Shown here piece after piece: positions 11,586 through 24,062 of a DNA stretch of 64,000 bases (positions are counted from its first letter, which is position 1; every line of letters starts with the position of its first letter). A program made the translations under genes and the position numbers. Under the pieces are notes generated by a model. It saw only the letters and a list, made by a program, of their open reading frames with translations, was not told the origin of the DNA and ran no database searches. The stretch is from Octopus sinensis (Eukaryota): NCBI RefSeq assembly GCF_006345805.1, contig NC_043012.1, positions 55,490,001-55,554,000 of the forward strand, read 5' to 3'.

Positions 11586-12136
11586 AAAATACTCTATTGC
11601 TCTATAACTTAAAGTGTGCTTCTCTTTTGGATTTATGATGATGATGGGGTGTGTGTGTGTGTGTGCAGGGTTAGGCATAGCTATGTAGATAAGGGCTTCA
11701 CTTCATAACCACATGGTTTCAGGTTTTATTTCATACTGTATGGCACCTTGGGAAAATGTCTAGGTCAACCAATACCTTGTGAGTTGAAATGACTGATGGA
11801 AACTGTACAGATTTCCATTATACAAATACACACACAAATATGCATGTGTGTGGGTGTATGAGAGAGAAAAAGGGAGAGTATGTGTATGTGTGCATGAGTG
11901 TTGACATTCTATATCTTTTGTAAGACACCATCTGAGCAAAATGGCAATGTCATGTTTACATTCTTTGAGGCTCGGCATTTTCAGTGACCAGTGGAAAAAA
12001 TATCTCTTACTCAAGAAATAGGTAAGCGCTGGCAAAAAGCAAGGGTCAGTTTTATACTACATCTATACACTATACCTAGCCAGCAGCTATACACCCTATG
12101 TCCATTTAGTTAACATCTACACTTTGTAACACTACA

Positions 12137-12512
12137 CAGGGTGGGCCAAAAGTCATGCGCAAAATAAGTTCAATATGTTCTGGAACAGTCAAACACATGC
12201 TCCAAGTTTCGTAAAATTGAGTAAAGTAAAACTATGGCGAATACTCACATACTTGTACATGATGAACAGAATGAGTAATAATAATAATAACCTTTTCTAC
12301 TCTAGGCACAAGGCCTGAAATGTTGGGGGAGGGGGGCAGTCGATAAGATTGACCCCAGTACACAACTGGTACTTAATTTATCAACCCCGAAAAGATGAAA
12401 GACAAAGTCGACCTTAGTGGAATATGAACTCAGAATATGAACTCAGAAATACCGCTAAACATTTCACCTGGAATGCTAACGTTTCTGCCGCCTTAATAAT
12501 ACTAATATTATT

Positions 12513-12551
<39 letters not shown>

Positions 12552-13284
12552 CTTTTCTATTAAAGGCACAAGGCCTGAAATTTGGTGGGAAGTCAATTAC
12601 ATCAACCCCAGTCTTTCACTGGTGCTTAATTTATTAACCCTGAAAGGATGAAAAACAAGGTCAACTTTGGTGGAATTTGAACTCAGAATGTAACAGGCAA
12701 AATACCACTAAGCATTTTATCCAGTATTCTAACAATTCAGCCAGCTTGCTGCCTTAATAATAATATTAATAATAATAATCTTTTCTACTAAAGAGACAAG
12801 GCCTGAAATTTCTGTGGAAGGGGTCAAATCAATTACATTGACCCAGTGCTCAACTGGTGCTTATTCTATCAACCCCAAAAGGATGAAAGGAAAAGTCGAC
12901 CTCGGTGGAATTTGAACTCAGAATGCAGCAACAAGTAAATTACTGCTAAGCATTTCACCCGATGTGCTAACAATTCTACCAACAATAACAATAACAAAGC
13001 GGCAAGCTGGCAGAAATGTTAGCACGCTGGGTAAAATGCTTAGCGGTATTTCGTCTGCTGTTACATTCTGAGTTCAAATTCCGCCGAGGTCAACTTTGCA
13101 TTTCATCCTTTCGGGGGTCAATAAATTAAGTACCAATTACGCACTGGGGTTGATGTAATCAACTTAATCCCTTTATCTGTCCTTGTTTGTCCCCTCTATG
13201 TTTAGCCCCTTGTGGGCAATAAAAAAATAAAAATAACAACAATATAATATAAATGTATTGGCATTTGACTTTTGGCCCACACTG
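12137..13284. mobile_element. Tc1/mariner-type non-autonomous element carrying four nested family-B SINEs
   Basis: TIRs CAGGGTGGGCCAAAAGTCA / TGACTTTTGGCCCACACTG, TA on the right side. Confidence 0.65.
12996..13230 (+). mobile_element. tRNA-derived SINE, family B (Meta-domain-like core)
   Basis: gcggcaagctggcagaaatgttagc head, gagttcaaattcc B-box, core gcctttcatcctttcggggtc.ataaattaagtacc, tail tagccccttgtgggcaataaa. Further copies near 16580, 26243, 27205, 35835, 42760, 43355, 46940, 47172, 52178, 52415, 60555-61145 and 63977. Confidence 0.8.
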
Positions 13285-13348
13285 TACAATCACCCTGTAC
13301 TGTATACTGCTACCTGACAAAAGGTGAAAAATAACTTATCTTACTTAC

Positions 13349-13579
13349 CCATCATCACAAGGTATGTTTGTATTAATATCAAAAGCCTGATTACAAATGG
13401 GTTCTCCAGTTGGAACAGTGGTGCTCGCTTGTCCTGGAATCGACTCATGCAATACACGCTTTCTCCAATAGTCTTGACGAGCTCGAGATTCCCGCTTTTT
13501 AATGCGCCAATATTCTCTCATCCATTCTTTGGGCTTTTTGTTAGCGCCATGTCCCCGAACACTACGGCAATGCTTTAAC
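13349..13579 (-). CDS. Coding exon 8, basic/aromatic helix exon, absent from ORF track
   Basis: 231 nt open: LKHCRSVRGHGANKKPKEWMREYWRIKKRESRARQDYWRKRVLHESIPGQASTTVPTGEPICNQAFDINTNIPCDD. Acceptor ttttcaaag, consensus donor GG|gtaagt, phase 2 to 2. Confidence 0.78.
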
Positions 13580-14188
13580 CTTTGAAAATCAAATAAAAAA
13601 TGATATATGTAAAATCGAATTCAGTTTTCACCCAGCTATGAATTTGTCAACGGAATGCCTGAAGATTCATTTGGATTTTGATTACAATGTTTTTAAAAAT
13701 TTAAGAGCAGTTGGGGGGAAGCAGAGTGCAATACTAAATATAATTAACTGGCACTTTGTCAATTATGCTAACGAGTGTTCCAGTTGATCTGATCAATAGA
13801 ACAGTTTGCTCATGAAATTAAAATGCAAGTGGCTGAGCACGCCACCAACATGTGTACCCTTAATGTAGTTCTCAAGGAGATTCAGTGTGACACAGAATGT
13901 GACAAGGCTGGCCCTTTGAAATACATGTACAACTCATTTTTGCCAACTGGGTGGAGTGGAGCAATGTGAAATAAAGTGTCTTGCTCAAGGACACAACATG
14001 TCGCCAGGAATTGAACTCATGCCCTTATGATTGTGATCCGAATGTGCCTAACCACTATGCCACATGCCTTCACTAAATATACTCTACGTAATTGATTATT
14101 AGCTACAGAAGCAGTATTAATAACAAAAGATAACGAAGTAACCACTGTTCTGACAAGGCAATCCATGTTACGTTAGATATGAAGATAT

Positions 14189-14643
14189 TCTTTTACTCGT
14201 TCCAGTCATTTGGTTGTGGCCATGCTGGGGCACTGCCTTGGAGGGTTTTAGTTGAACAATCGTCCACAGGACTCATTTTTTTAAGCCTAGACCTTATTCT
14301 ATCAGTCTCTTATGCTGAACCACTAAGTTACAGGGATGTAAAGACACCAGCACGAGTTGTCAAGCAATGATGGGGGGGGGCAACAAAGACACAAAGACAC
14401 ATATAGATATAGACACACATGCACGCATACATGCATGCACACACACGCACATACACACACATACACACACACACACATGACAGGCTTCTTTCAGTTTATG
14501 TCTACCCAATTCACTCACAAGGCTTTGGTCAGTCTGAGGTGATAGTAGGAGACACTTGCCCAAGGTGCCACACAGTGGGACTGAAACCTGAACTATATGG
14601 TTGCGAAGCAAGCTTCTTACCACACAGACATGACTGCACCTAT
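14189..14643 (-). mobile_element. tRNA-derived SINE, family A (internal TA/TG microsatellite)
   Basis: Head gcaggagtggctgtgtggtaag, B-box ggttcagtccc, tail cagtcaaatgactgaaacaagtaaaagag. Other copies near 16885, 18780, 19400-19810, 21565, 22190, 30465, 43785, 53310, 58790, 59592, 59778 and 60170. Confidence 0.8.
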
Positions 14644-16404
14644 ATACTCTACATGATTTTAAGGTTTTTGTCTTTTCTAAGGGCAGTAGGAATAAGGAAG
14701 GCATATGGTGAAGGTGATACTCTCACAACTGGAAGAGGTACTTTTGTTTCACAGACTGAGTAATGCATTTTGTTCTTGAGTAAATCGTTTCACATTGCTC
14801 CAGCCCACTCAGTAATATGAATTCCAGCAATATATGGGAAGTTTACCCTTCAGGGGTGAATGCTGAAATCTCAGTTAATTATATGCCATGGAAACTGGGT
14901 CTGGTCTTATGAGTCCTGGGGTGCATAACAGATTTAGGAAAAAATAGGAGTAAAATTGAAATGAAATGGTAACAACCAGGAATTAAAGTCTGGTTACAAA
15001 CTCAGTTCACCAGGACCTTATAAAGTCCTTATGAAGTTGCTCAATCTACTAGAAATAGTAACCAAATTCTCTCAAGTCACACTCTATCATCATCAAAAGA
15101 AAAGACATGCTGGATAATGAAGTTCTAGATAAAATATGAAAAAAAAAAGGGGAAAACAAAATGGTCATGACTGGAATGCCTTTGATCATAGGTCAGTTAA
15201 ATCAAGCCTACTTGGGGCTAAATTAGAATAATAACAAACATTCTATGATCAACAATACGTGTGCAGATAAAGAGCTCTGATTAAGCCTACTTTTACTGTG
15301 GTAACAACCAATATATACAGATATATAGATATATAAACTGTGGAGGTGCATGGCTTAGTGGTTAGGGTGTTGAATTCATGACCATAAGATTGTGGTTTCA
15401 ATTCCTGGACTGGGTGATACATTGTGTTCTTGAGCAAAACACTTCATTTCACATTGCTCCGGTCCACTCAGCTGGTGAAAATGAGTCATCCTGCTATGGA
15501 GCAGCATCCTATCCAGAAAGGAATATATATGCCAGGAAAACCAGGAAACCTGTTCTATGCTCCTTACAGAGTAATGTGGGCTAGCCATTGATATGAACTG
15601 AACAGTGGAGAGAACATAACATATCCAAACTGGAAAACAGGACTCTACATGATTCATATCTGAATGGTTGGGTGTGAAGTTGTGGCCCTCCATCTAGTAG
15701 AAGCATAGGATATCCTGTACAACAGATCTATGGGCCACACTTAGTCACTCAGACGACTACTTCATCATCATCATCATCATTTAGTGTCCGCTTTCCATGC
15801 TAGCATGGGTTGGATGGTTCAACTGGGGTCTGGGAAGCCAGAAGGCTGCACCAGGCCCAGTCTGATCTGGCAATGCTTCTATGGCTGGATGCCCTTCCTA
15901 ACGCCAATACTTACATTCTGAAATTCTCTTAGGGTTGTCGAGGCATACAAGCCACCACACAACAAGGACTGGACCTTGTGGCAGAACAATGACTGTAGTC
16001 AACGATGTCGGCTTCATTTTTAAAACATCACCATCATCATCATCACCATCATTTAACATCCACTTTCCATGCTGGTATGGGTTGTTTAGTTTGACATGAA
16101 GCTGGCTAGCAGGGAGCTGTGTAGACACCAACTATCTGTTATGGCAGGGTTTCTACGGCTGGATGCCCTTCCTAATCCATAATAAATACTACTCAATGTT
16201 TTTTTTTGTTTTTTGTTTTTTTGACAGCAACAACAGAAAATGCAAAAATGAAAAAAAAGCAATGGCAGTTACTCACCTATTTTTGATTTTTGGAACAAAC
16301 TTGGTTGGGTTTTCTTGTAGCTCATTTGTAGTATTCATGATATTGTACCTAAAACTAAGATAATTAATAATCAAAATAAGAGCAACAGAAATATATAATA
16401 TCTA

Positions 16405-16569
16405 CAGTAGTGGCCAAAAGTTTGGAACATATGTGTGAAAATTAGAATTGAGCCATTGGATCAGTTATTAGGTAAGTATATCTCTACATTGTATATATTT
16501 GGATTGAATTGTACTTGGGCATGACAATTTTAATTTTTAAAAAATGTTCCAAACTTTTGGCCATAACTG
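16405..16569. mobile_element. Tc1-type MITE (165 bp)
   Basis: TIRs CAGTAGTGGCCAAAAGTTTGGAACAT / ATGTTCCAAACTTTTGGCCATAACTG, TA on both sides. Confidence 0.85.
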
Positions 16570-17184
16570 TATATATAATATAAGGTGGTGAGCTGGCAAA
16601 ATCATTAGCATGCCAGGCAAAATGCTTAGTGACATTTCATCTATCTTTACATTCTGAGTTCAAATTCTGCCGGGGTTGACTTTGCCTTTCATCCTTTTGG
16701 GGTCGATAAAATAAGTACCAGTTGAGTACTGAGGTCGATGTGATTGACTGTCCCCCTCACCCCAAAATCCAAGCTGTGTGCCCATAGTAGAAAGGAAGTT
16801 TTGGTTGTATATGTACATGTGTAAGTGTTTGTACCTCCTAAGAGAAAACAGAGAGAAGGGAATATATAATATGTATATATTAACATAGGTGCAAGCATGG
16901 CTATGTGATTAAGAAACCTGCATTGCAAACATGTAGTTTTGGGTTCAGTCCCACTGCTCGGCACATTGGGCAAGTGTATTCTACAACAGCCCCTGGTGAG
17001 TGATTTTGGCAGATGAAACTGTGTGGAAGCCTATTGTATATATATGTATGTGTGCATGCATGTCTGGTTGTACTTGTGCTTGCCCCAACACCACTGCCAC
17101 TTGACTATCAGAGTTGGTTTGTTTACATCCTTGTAACTTAGTATTTCATCAAACATATGATATAACACTCCACCCAATACCTTC

Positions 17185-17565
17185 TGCACACCAGAAATAT
17201 TGGAGTCTGATGTCACACTCAACTCCATATCTTCAACATACCAGAGATATTGGTGTCTGATATCACACTCCACTCCACATCTTCAACACACCAGTGATAC
17301 TGGAGTCTGCTATCTCACTCCACTTAATATCTTCAACACACCAGTGATACTAAAATCTGATATCACACTCCACTCCATATCTTCAACACACCAATTATAC
17401 TGGAGTCTGATATCAAACTCCACTCCATATCTTCAACACACCAATGATACTGGAGTCTGCTATCACACTCCACTTAATATCTTCAACACACCAGAGATAC
17501 TAAAATCTGATATCATACTCCACTCCATATCTTCAAAACACCAATAATACTGGAGATTGGACATA
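17185..17565. repeat. 50-bp minisatellite, about 7.5 units
   Basis: atcttcaa recurs at 17229, 17279, 17329, 17379, 17429, 17479 and 17529. Confidence 0.92.
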
Positions 17566-17726
17566 ATGCTACACGACAAATCTTCAGATATCTTCAGAGA
17601 TATTGGTGCCTGGTATCTGCAAATCTTCAAATACCAGAGATGGTGGTGAGATAAAGTCATCTGGACAGAGGGTTCTGGTTAAAACAAGAGCAACAGAAAT
17701 TAAAATGGTTAGCAACAATACTTTAC

Positions 17727-17990
17727 TTTTGATCTGGGAGTTCAAAATCCTGAACTTCTTCCACTGAAATTACCAGAGGTGCTTCACAGGATGCTGGCAT
17801 ATTGCTGATGTTGGCAGAGGTAAGTTGCTGCTGTTGGTGTTCTTGCTGTTGCTGTTGGTGTTCTTGCTGTTGCTGTTGTTGATGCTGTTGCTGTTGTTGT
17901 TGCTGCTGTTGGTCTTCTGATAAGCCTTGACTGGTTATCTCATTACATTCGATGCTAATTGAAGGATTTGTCACAAGTTCGTTTTCATCG
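17727..17990 (-). CDS. Coding exon 7, polyglutamine exon
   Basis: DENELVTNPSISIEC...EDQ9HQ6EHQ5EHQ4LTSANISNMP...ELPDQ. Acceptor tttccttaag, donor AA|gtaaag, phase 2 to 2, 264 nt. Confidence 0.8.
17825..17911 (-). repeat. CAG/CAA coding repeat (29 codons, 24 Gln)
   Basis: Q9HQ6EHQ5EHQ4 within exon 7. Confidence 0.9.
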
Positions 17991-18079
17991 CTTAAGGAAA
18001 TAATGGAAATATAGAAACATATTCAGAAAGAAGCTTCTTTAAACAATTACAATTCCAACATGCATACACATATCATCAT

Positions 18080-18350
18080 CATCATCGTATAACGTCCGTT
18101 TTCCATGCTAGCATGGGTTGGACGGTTTGACCAGGGTCTGGGAAGCCAGCTGGATGCCCTTCCTAATGCCAACCACTCTGTGAGTGTAGTGGATGCTTTT
18201 TACGTGCCACCTGCACAGGTGCCAGGGAAGGCTGGCAGCAGCCACGATCGGTTGGTGCTTTTTATGTGCCACCGGCACGGAAGCCAGTCAAGGCGGTGCT
18301 GGCATCAACCACGTTCAGATGGTGCTTTTTATGTGCCACCGGCACAGGTA
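18080..18350 (-). mobile_element. Family E RTE-derived element
   Basis: (CAT)n, aacgtccgttttccatgctagcatggg, ggatgcccttcctaatgccaacc and internal gtgcttttta repeats. Similar copies at about 23550-24015 and 44040-44290. Confidence 0.7.
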
Positions 18351-19146
18351 TCACAACTACAATTTCCATTTGATTTTTATTTTGATGTTGATGCAATTAA
18401 CTCAATAAGTCTCCTCAAGCACAGCAGGTCGCCCTAGACACACACACACATGTACATATACATATCTATATTCATATACATGCATATACAAATACCCCAA
18501 CATATATCTATGTTTGTGCGTGTATACATACATATATATTCATATACACATATGTACTTATGTACCTCATACACACATACATATGTAAAGACCCCACCAC
18601 CATCACCACCAAATTAGACAGTTTTAATCTCGTTCTCATTGATGTCAACTTCAAATTCATCATTGTCAACATAGGATGGAGCAGATTCATTTTGATAAAC
18701 AAACATTATTATCGGTGATTACTTGTCACAGAATTAATTGGGAAAAAGAAAAACATAAACATTAAAAAGTTTAGTGAAACACAAGTGTGACTATGTGGTT
18801 GAGAAGTTTGCTTCCCAACCACATGGTTCCATGTTCAGTCCCACTGTGTGGCACCTTGGGCAAGTGTCTTTTACCATAGCCTCGGGCTCACCAAAGCCTT
18901 GTGAGTGGATTTGGCAGATAGAAACTGAAAAGAAACCCATCATATATGTGTGTGTGTGTGTGTGTGTGGTGTGGTGTGTGTGTGGTGTGTGTGTGTGGTG
19001 TGTGTGTGGTGTGTGTGTGTGTGGTGTGTGTGTGGTGTGTGTGTGTGTGTGTCTTTGTATCTCAGTCAACCACTGCTTGACATACGGTGTTGGTCTGTTT
19101 ATATTCCCTTGAAAAAAAGTTTGATAAAATATGTAGCAAGCTTAGG

Positions 19147-19430
19147 AACAGGAGTGGCTGTGTGGTAAGTGGCTATAGGCATAGGAGTGGCTGTGTGGTA
19201 AGTAGCTATAGGCATAGGAGTGGCTGTGTGGTAAGTAGCTTATAGGCACAGGAGTGGCTATAGGCATAGGAGTGGCTGTGTGGTAAGTAGCTTATAGGCA
19301 CAGGAGTGGATGTGTGGTAAGTGGCTATAGGCATAGGAGTGGCTGTGTGGTAAGTAGCTTATAGGCACAGGAGTGGCTGTGTGGTAAGTAGCTATAGGCA
19401 TAGGAGTGGTTGTGTGGTAAGTAGCTTGCT
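19147..19430 (+). repeat. Tandem array of the family-A SINE head (33-34 bp, nine heads)
   Basis: gagtgg at 19152, 19185, 19218, 19252, 19270, 19304, 19337, 19371 and 19404, followed by an ordinary SINE body. Confidence 0.9.
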
Positions 19431-19535
19431 TACCAAACACATGGTCTTCTACAATAGCCTCGGGCCGACCAAAGCCTTGTGAGTGGATTTGGTAGACGGA
19501 AACTGAAAGAAGCCCGTCGTATATATGTGTGTGTA

Positions 19536-19575
<40 letters not shown>

Positions 19576-20046
19576 TGTGTGTGTGTTTGTGTGTATATGT
19601 TTGTGTGTCCTTGTTTGTCCCCCCAACATCGCTTGACAACCGATGCTGGTGTGTTTACATCTCCGTAACTTAGTGGTTCAGCAAAAATGACCGATAGAAT
19701 AAGTACTAGGCTTCCAAAGAATAAGTCCTGAGGTCGATTTGCTTGACTAAAGGCAGTGCTCCAGCATGGTCGGAGTCAGATGACTTAAACAAGTAAAAGA
19801 GTAATAGAGTACTGGAGTTGATTCATTCAAGAAAAAGTTCTTCTCGGCAGTGCCTCAGCATGGCCGCAGCCTAATAACTGAAACAAGTAAAAAAGGTTAA
19901 AAAAAAAAAGTAAAGGATTACAGGTTTTGCAAAATAAAAATTGCCACACCTTACATTACTGTAACTACACATACATTTAGTTCATTAGATGAAAAACTAT
20001 ATACTCTAGAATTTATACAATTAGACAAAGATTAAAATTAATAGCA

Positions 20047-20664
20047 TCAATGTAACCTTTTATTTATTTCTTGACTTTTGTTTGTGGTGCAACATACTCT
20101 TGTATTTCGGGTACGCAATTTATGCGCTTTCTGCACAGGAGACTGTCCAGTTTTTCGTCCACCGTTTTTAGATCTCGCACAAGTGTTGATGAACCCAACT
20201 TCATCAATAAGAACATTTTTACACCCAGACTTTTCTGTCAAACGATTTTGACGTTTTCTCTGTGTAAAGTTTTCTGAAGTTAAAGCTCTTTCAGAAATCC
20301 CATTAGACCTTTTGAATGAATAATGGAGTTTTTTAAGGCACTTATCAACGCTTGTTTTCGACAACCTCACATTAAAATATTCAAAAACCATATCGGACAG
20401 CATTTTTAAAGATATATGACGTTTTTTGTCTACTGAGGTTCGCATGAAGTTTTTCATTTCTTCCGAAATTTTACTGCTTCGACAACCTCCTCGATTTTTT
20501 TGCTCGATACGTCCTTCCTGTTTGTATATTTGAACAACAGTTTGAACACTGGTCCGAGGAATAGCTAATATGGAAGCGATTTCGGTTACAGTACGACCTT
20601 CATCATAATTTGATACGATTAATCTTCTAACATCATTTGAAATTTTCTTCTTCTTGTTGACCAT
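20047..20664 (-). pseudogene. IS630/Tc1-like transposase, 3'-truncated
   Basis: HTH (ISNDVRRLIV...TVTEIASILAIPRTSVQTVV...RGG), second HTH (ISLKML...LSKTSVDKCLKKLHYSFKR), first catalytic Asp in VLIDEVGF. No second D or E present. Confidence 0.75.
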
Positions 20665-21303
20665 AATGGGTGGTGAACAATGAGGCTAATAAACACTAAA
20701 TTTAAGTTGACAATAGCAAAATTCAAGTCAACGGCGTAATCGAAGTTGACGGTGATGAAATTAAAGTTGACACTGACGTAATCGAGAGACCGTGATCGAG
20801 ATTAACGGTAAGATTGAGAATAATCATGCAGTTGAAAATGACAAATTTAAAGGGATTACCCCACTAAGTAAATAAATAATAAACACACACATTTAATTCG
20901 CTATATAGGCTAAAAATTAAAACTATCCAAGAAAATATAAAAATGCTCTTGGATATCCCGAATAAGCGAAACGAAAATGTAAAAGTTTGTTACATTAAAT
21001 GACATTATTACAGATCTCTCCGTAGATTGAAAGCAAAAACAATGAAGTCCTGTTTTCTTTTTTTTTTTACGATACCAGCGTAAATTGTAGAAAATTAAGC
21101 TGTTCCGTAATTAAGAAGATTATCTGTAATAATGATTTAATAAGAGACTTTTAAACATTTGCATATTCGTTTCGCTTACTTGGGATACCAAAGTATATTT
21201 TCGTATTTTCTCGGACTGTTTTCGTTTTATTATTGATCTTGCAAAAATTTGTATTTACATCCAAAGATTGCCAACACACGCACTCACGCACGCACGCACG
21301 CAT

Positions 21304-21335
<32 letters not shown>

Positions 21336-24031
21336 AAATATTTGTTTTTTATGCTAGTTACAATAAAATTTGGCATTCCTACACATGAGTGCCCCTCAAC
21401 TGATTCCTCATAACGTCCAGAAAAATGGATATTATTTTTAATGGAATTTCCTATAAATACGTGTCAGATGATGTAGATTCCGATTATATCGGAATATATG
21501 TGGGGAAAAAATTTTTCCCTGAGACAAGGGGTGAGGAGTTCCAAAAAATTCACATGAGACATCATTCTTTACTCTCGTTTACTCTTTTACTTGTTTCAGT
21601 CATTTGGCTGTGGCCACGCTGGAGCACCGCCTTTAGTCGAGCAAATCGACCCCAGGACTTATTCTTTGTAAGCCTAGTACTTATTTTATCGGTCTCTTTT
21701 GCCGAACCGTTAAGTGACGGAGACATAAACACAGCAGCATATATACGACGGGCTTCTTCCAGTTTCCGTCTACCAAATCCACTCACAAGGCTTTAGCAAA
21801 AGACACTTGCTCAAGATGCCACGCAGTGTGACTGAACCCGGAACCATGTGGTTGCTAAGCAAGCTACCTACCACACAGCCACTCCTCATAATTTTCAGAA
21901 AAATGGGTGATTATTGATGGAATTTTCGATAAAATATCTTTCAGCGTGTGTAGATTACGATTATATCAGAATTTAACATGGTAAAAAGCATTTGGTGGAT
22001 TAATACACATACAAACTAACACACATCACATATTTCTACAAAATGAAACCTGAAATTTCGAAAAAAAAAATTGTGATGTATCTGTGTGTGTGTGAGTGTG
22101 TTCACTATTTTTCTTTTCTCATCAAATACCCATATAATCGTAAATTACACACTCTGAAAAATATTTGTAGAAAATTTCATGAAAAGAATACGTGGCTGTG
22201 TGGTAAGTAGCTTGCTAACCAACCACACGGTTCCGGGTTCAGTCCCACTGCACGGCATCTTAGGCAAGTGTCTTCTGCTATAGCCTCGGGCCAACCAAAG
22301 CCTTGTGAGTGGATTTGGTAGACGGAAACTGAAAGAAGCCTGTCGTATATATGTATGTGTGTGTGTATGTTTGTGTTTGTCCCTCTAGCATTGCTTGACA
22401 ACCGATGCTGATGTGTTTACGTCCCCATCACATAGTGGTTCGGCAAAAGAGACCGATAGAATAAGTACTGGGCTTACAAGGAATAAGTCCCGGGGTCGAT
22501 TTGCTCAACTAAAAGGTGGTGTTCCAGCATGGCCGCAGTCAAATGGCTGAAACAAGTAAAAGAGTAAAAGAGTATCATTCTCAAAGTTATGAGAGAACAA
22601 GTCCAACTCGTGTGACTTTCCTGAAACCCCTCTTTCCAACCCACAGAGCGGTTTTTTCTTAACAATCGGAAAACTACACCATCAGAGGTTCCGTTCAACC
22701 CTGCATTAATGTTTTTTTTCTTTTTTCCGGAGTGTACCAAGTGTTTTTATGTGGCACCAACAGCAGCAGCAATGGAGGCAGCGGACTCGCGGTCGGAGGA
22801 TCGCGGTTTCAATTCCCAGACCAGGCGTTGCGTGTGTTTATTGAGCAAAAACACCTAAAGGTCTATGAGGTTTTGGCAGGGGTTGGTAGCGACTCCTGTT
22901 GTACTCTTTCGCTCCAACTTTCTCTCACTCTTTCTTCCTGTTTCTTGCCCCCAACTTCCTATGCAACCACTGAGCTTGGATGTGCATTCATCCATCCGTC
23001 GATGCTCTCGGTGTCGGGGGTTGACCTGCTTTCTCTTCTGCAGGTCTTACGAATAGCAAAGGACCACGTTTCGGACTTCTCCCAATCCTGAGGCACGATT
23101 TTGCGAGCTCTAGGACGAAGACCGCTGCACTCAACAGCAACAGCAAGGTCACCGAGTAATTTGCAGGATAGCTTTACCTTTCTTCCTTCAATAAAATAAA
23201 ATAGCAGTCTTGTATTGGGGGTAAACTAAAACTCACTTCTCAAAATTGCTAGCTTTTATTTATGTCGTTCTCAGATGAGTCCTCCAGTGGCACCTCCAAC
23301 CATCTTAGTCCTCCAGTAGGATTTTCAAAAGCTGTTTTCACAACTGTTAGACTTTAAAATGCTGTTTAAGGACTGTGAGATACAATCTTATAGCTCTACT
23401 CTAATTATTTTAGGCATAAGATTTGGTAGACAGAAACTGAAAAAAGCCTGGTCATATGTGTGTGTGTGCAGTACTATTTGTGTAGCAAGTTTTCTATGGT
23501 TGGATGCCCTTCCTGTCACCAACCCCCACCTATTTCCAAGTGATCATCATCATCATCGTTTAACATCCGTTTTCCATGCTAGCCAGGAGGCTGCACCAGG
23601 CTCCAGTCTGATCTGGCAGTGTTTCTACAGCTGGATGCCCTTCCTAACGCCAACCACTCCATGAGTGTAGTGGGTGCTTTTTACGTGCCACCGGCACAGG
23701 TGCCAGGGGAGGCTGGCAACGGCCACAATCGGTTGGTGGTTTTTATGTGCCACTGACACGGAAGCCAGTCAAGGTGACGCTGGCATTGGCCACATATGGA
23801 TGGTGCTTTTTACATGCCACCGGCACAGGTCCCAGGGTAGGCTGGCAACGGCCACAATTGGTTGGTGGCTTTTATGTGCCACCAACACGGAAGCCAGTCA
23901 AGGCGACGCTGGCATCGGCCACATATGGATGGTGCTTTTTACGTGCCAGGGGAGGCTGGCAACGGCCACAATCGGTTGGTGCTTTTTACGTGCCACCAGC
24001 ACGGAAGCCAGTCAAGGCTTCCGTGCTGGTG

Positions 24032-24062
<31 letters not shown>

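Noticed and set aside
17200-17547. 115-aa repetitive ORF
   Set aside because: It is a by-product of the 50-bp minisatellite; the unit is not a multiple of 3 and it is antisense to the host intron.
1781-19430. Regular arrays of 108, 66, 50 and 33 bp as possible CRISPR-like arrays
   Set aside because: Whole units are repeated with no unique spacers, the context is eukaryotic, and there are no cas genes.
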